64,000 nt of DNA from Terriglobia bacterium (GTDB lineage: Bacteria > Acidobacteriota > Terriglobia > 20CM-2-55-15): positions 64,001 to 128,000 of the forward strand of contig CBDAOY010000004.1 in assembly GCA_965198225.1 (NCBI GenBank), read 5' to 3'. A program made the position numbers and the translations under genes. The notes under the pieces were generated by a model. The model was not told where the DNA came from, ran no database searches, and saw only the letters and a program-made list of their open reading frames with translations. Positions 62,193 to 64,000 of this stretch are shown here, one piece after another (positions within the stretch are counted from its first letter, which is position 1; every line of letters starts with the position of its first letter).

Positions 62193-63649
62193 ACGGTTGC
62201 CTCATTTTTCATTGCAAGTTCCCTTAGTGACTCGATGGTGGTTTCCGGTTCCATCACACTGGTCTCCGCCGCCTGTATCGGCGCATCGAATTCGTCTGCG
62301 AGGGAATCGACTTCAGGCAGTCGCGCCGCCATCTCGCGTACGTCGAGCTTGCCTGTGACGACATCGGAGATCAGCCGGGTGCGGTATTCGCGGAACCGTT
62401 CTATCTGGCGTTTGGTTTTTTCTTGTATACGTACAATTGCTGAAAGTCTTTCTTCGGTCCACCGCACAATCTCTTCTTGCTCACGCTGTGGCGGTAGGAG
62501 AATAGGATAATTCTTCACGTCGTCAAGCGAGAGGCCATCCTTCGTTCCACCGTAAAGACACATCTGGCCATGAGTTTGCCCCACCGTAGAGAGAAGTACA
62601 TAACCAATCCACATCGCGTAAGTCTCTGGCGAAGGTTCGCAACGGGCTACGTGCTGACTAACGTAGGCTTCGCCTAAGTCGTCAGGAGCAACTCCCACCG
62701 ATCCAATATATGCAGTGACCGAAATCAAGACGTCGCCAGCCTTGATGCGCGTTCGACCAGCCTCCGACGTCCCCGGGAGATCCAGCCGCACAATGTCGTT
62801 GAAACGCAATCGCAGCGAACCACGCCTGAGGTTGGTCACTCGGACGAACAAGGGACCGGTGTCTGAAGCATAAGATGACCAGCCTCGGGAGCCTGTCGTA
62901 ACCACTGATACTACATTCCTTAGCCGACACTGCTTCCAATGCCCCGGAACGTCCCCCAGCCACTCCACACCGGAGTCCTTGTAGCCAGGGTACGGCTGGC
63001 CGGTTCGGACGTCGATCTGGCCGGTGACGGCTTGTTGGATGATGGCCTGCTTTTGCTCCTCCAGGAGCGCAATCAGCTTCTGCTTGGCGCGGATGTAGCG
63101 CCGGATGCGCCGGTCGGCGTGGTCGAGATAGCGGACGATGGCGGCTTGCTCGGGGAGGGGTGGAAGCGCGACGGCCATTCCACCCATGAACTGCCAGTCA
63201 GCGCGAGGCATCTTCGCCCCGAAGGTAGAGCTGTTGACTGCGTCAATGGTCTGTTTTGAGCGAAGCAATTGCTCCATATAGGGAGCAGTGACGTTGGAAT
63301 GGCGCGGCCGAAGGACCAAGAACTCCCCGACGCAAACACCGTCACTAGTCGGCTTAGTCACCTTTGCGAGATACGGACGCAGTTTCCCGAAGAGGACATC
63401 TCCAGATCGAAAGTACTTCACCTGACTATCGAATGTGACATCTAGACCAGCATGTCTGAGGCGACCAGTCCAGCTTTCGACGTGTTCCAGGGCGACGTAG
63501 AGGTCGGCACCTTGCCGTTCGCTGGTTTGCTCCACGATGTTGTTCATCGCCGACTTGAGTCGCTCGGTTGTCCAGTGCTCCGGCACGTCCCCCAGCCACT
63601 CCACACCCGAGTCCTTCATGGCGGGATAGGGCTTGATGTCGGCGATCAT
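62189..63649 (-). CDS. hsdS: Type I RM specificity subunit
   Basis: Two KDSGVEWLGDVP.HW repeats, PPL.EQ helices and two TRDs. Confidence 0.93.
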   Translation of the reverse strand: MIADIKPYPAMKDSGVEWLGDVPEHWTTERLKSAMNNIVEQTSERQGADLYVALEHVESWTGRLRHAGLDVTFDSQVKYFRSGDVLFGKLRPYLAKVTKPTSDGVCVGEFLVLRPRHSNVTAPYMEQLLRSKQTIDAVNSSTFGAKMPRADWQFMGGMAVALPPLPEQAAIVRYLDHADRRIRRYIRAKQKLIALLEEQKQAIIQQAVTGQIDVRTGQPYPGYKDSGVEWLGDVPGHWKQCRLRNVVSVVTTGSRGWSSYASDTGPLFVRVTNLRRGSLRLRFNDIVRLDLPGTSEAGRTRIKAGDVLISVTAYIGSVGVAPDDLGEAYVSQHVARCEPSPETYAMWIGYVLLSTVGQTHGQMCLYGGTKDGLSLDDVKNYPILLPPQREQEEIVRWTEERLSAIVRIQEKTKRQIERFREYRTRLISDVVTGKLDVREMAARLPEVDSLADEFDAPIQAAETSVMEPETTIESLRELAMKNEATV

Positions 63650-64000
63650 TCCGCAGGATCCTCGGCGACAAGCATCCACACCCGCTTCAGGGGCAACTCC
63701 ACCGGGATCTCCGTCGGGAGGTGTTCATAATTTCGGTAGATGGCTCTCACGAGATCACGGCCTTCGAGCAATCGCACCATGAAGTAGTTCCTGCCTCGAC
63801 TCTGCCAGGTCCACCTTGAGCTTTACAGTGGGGGTTCGCCAGGCGATCGGGTGCCGAACCGGGTAGCCTTGGCAGAACGAGTCTAGGAGGTTCCGAACCT
63901 TGCTCGAATCCCAAACGAAGGACCGCTGAATCTCTGGGATGGCGATCTCGGCTGCCTTGCCCCAGGTAAGGATGGTCTCGATGGGATGCAGGGTGACGGA
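63646..64000 (-). pseudogene. Fused remnants: DUF262-like N-terminus and Mrr-like endonuclease C-terminus
   Basis: [22 protein letters not shown]...GYP, then DLVRAIYRNYEHLPTEIPVELPLKRVWML* overlapping the hsdS ATG. Confidence 0.55.

Noticed and set aside
1-64000. tRNA or rRNA genes
   Set aside because: No cloverleaf or rRNA signature was recognised by eye; tRNAscan/Infernal were not run.

Overview
High-GC accessory or decay region, probably from an Acidobacteriota-like bacterium and possibly host-associated. This is an inference from the Oar-type TonB receptor, kinase/TolB-propeller paralogues, DUF1592-DUF1552-ankyrin clusters, a Sel1/ankyrin protein and an autotransporter. The only clear housekeeping gene is miaE. 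The rest comprises cargo genes; IS and transposon remnants (IS91 plus tyrosine recombinase, IS110/IS1111, IS3, IS256, IS1182, IS1380, IS481, IS21, Tn3-type); a decayed integrated plasmid (RepA, iterons, ParA, pilin, coupling protein, recombinase); three TA pairs; and a type I RM locus. The most notable structure is a nest of group II introns at 31.1-34.8 kb on the minus strand. An RT-encoding intron (A) has a 3' flank that is the end of another intron (B), and A is itself interrupted in domain III by an ORF-less intron (C). Hand-read EBS1 loops match the inferred insertion sites, suggesting that two intron types target each other's conserved ribozyme domains and use non-canonical splice boundaries. 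Other highlights are two IS110-family elements whose non-coding ends carry short matches to their own junctions (bridge/seek RNA candidates), a recurrent templated-duplication scar, and an unexplained repeat array upstream of repA. All family calls come from motif recognition by eye; no database search or RNA folding was run.
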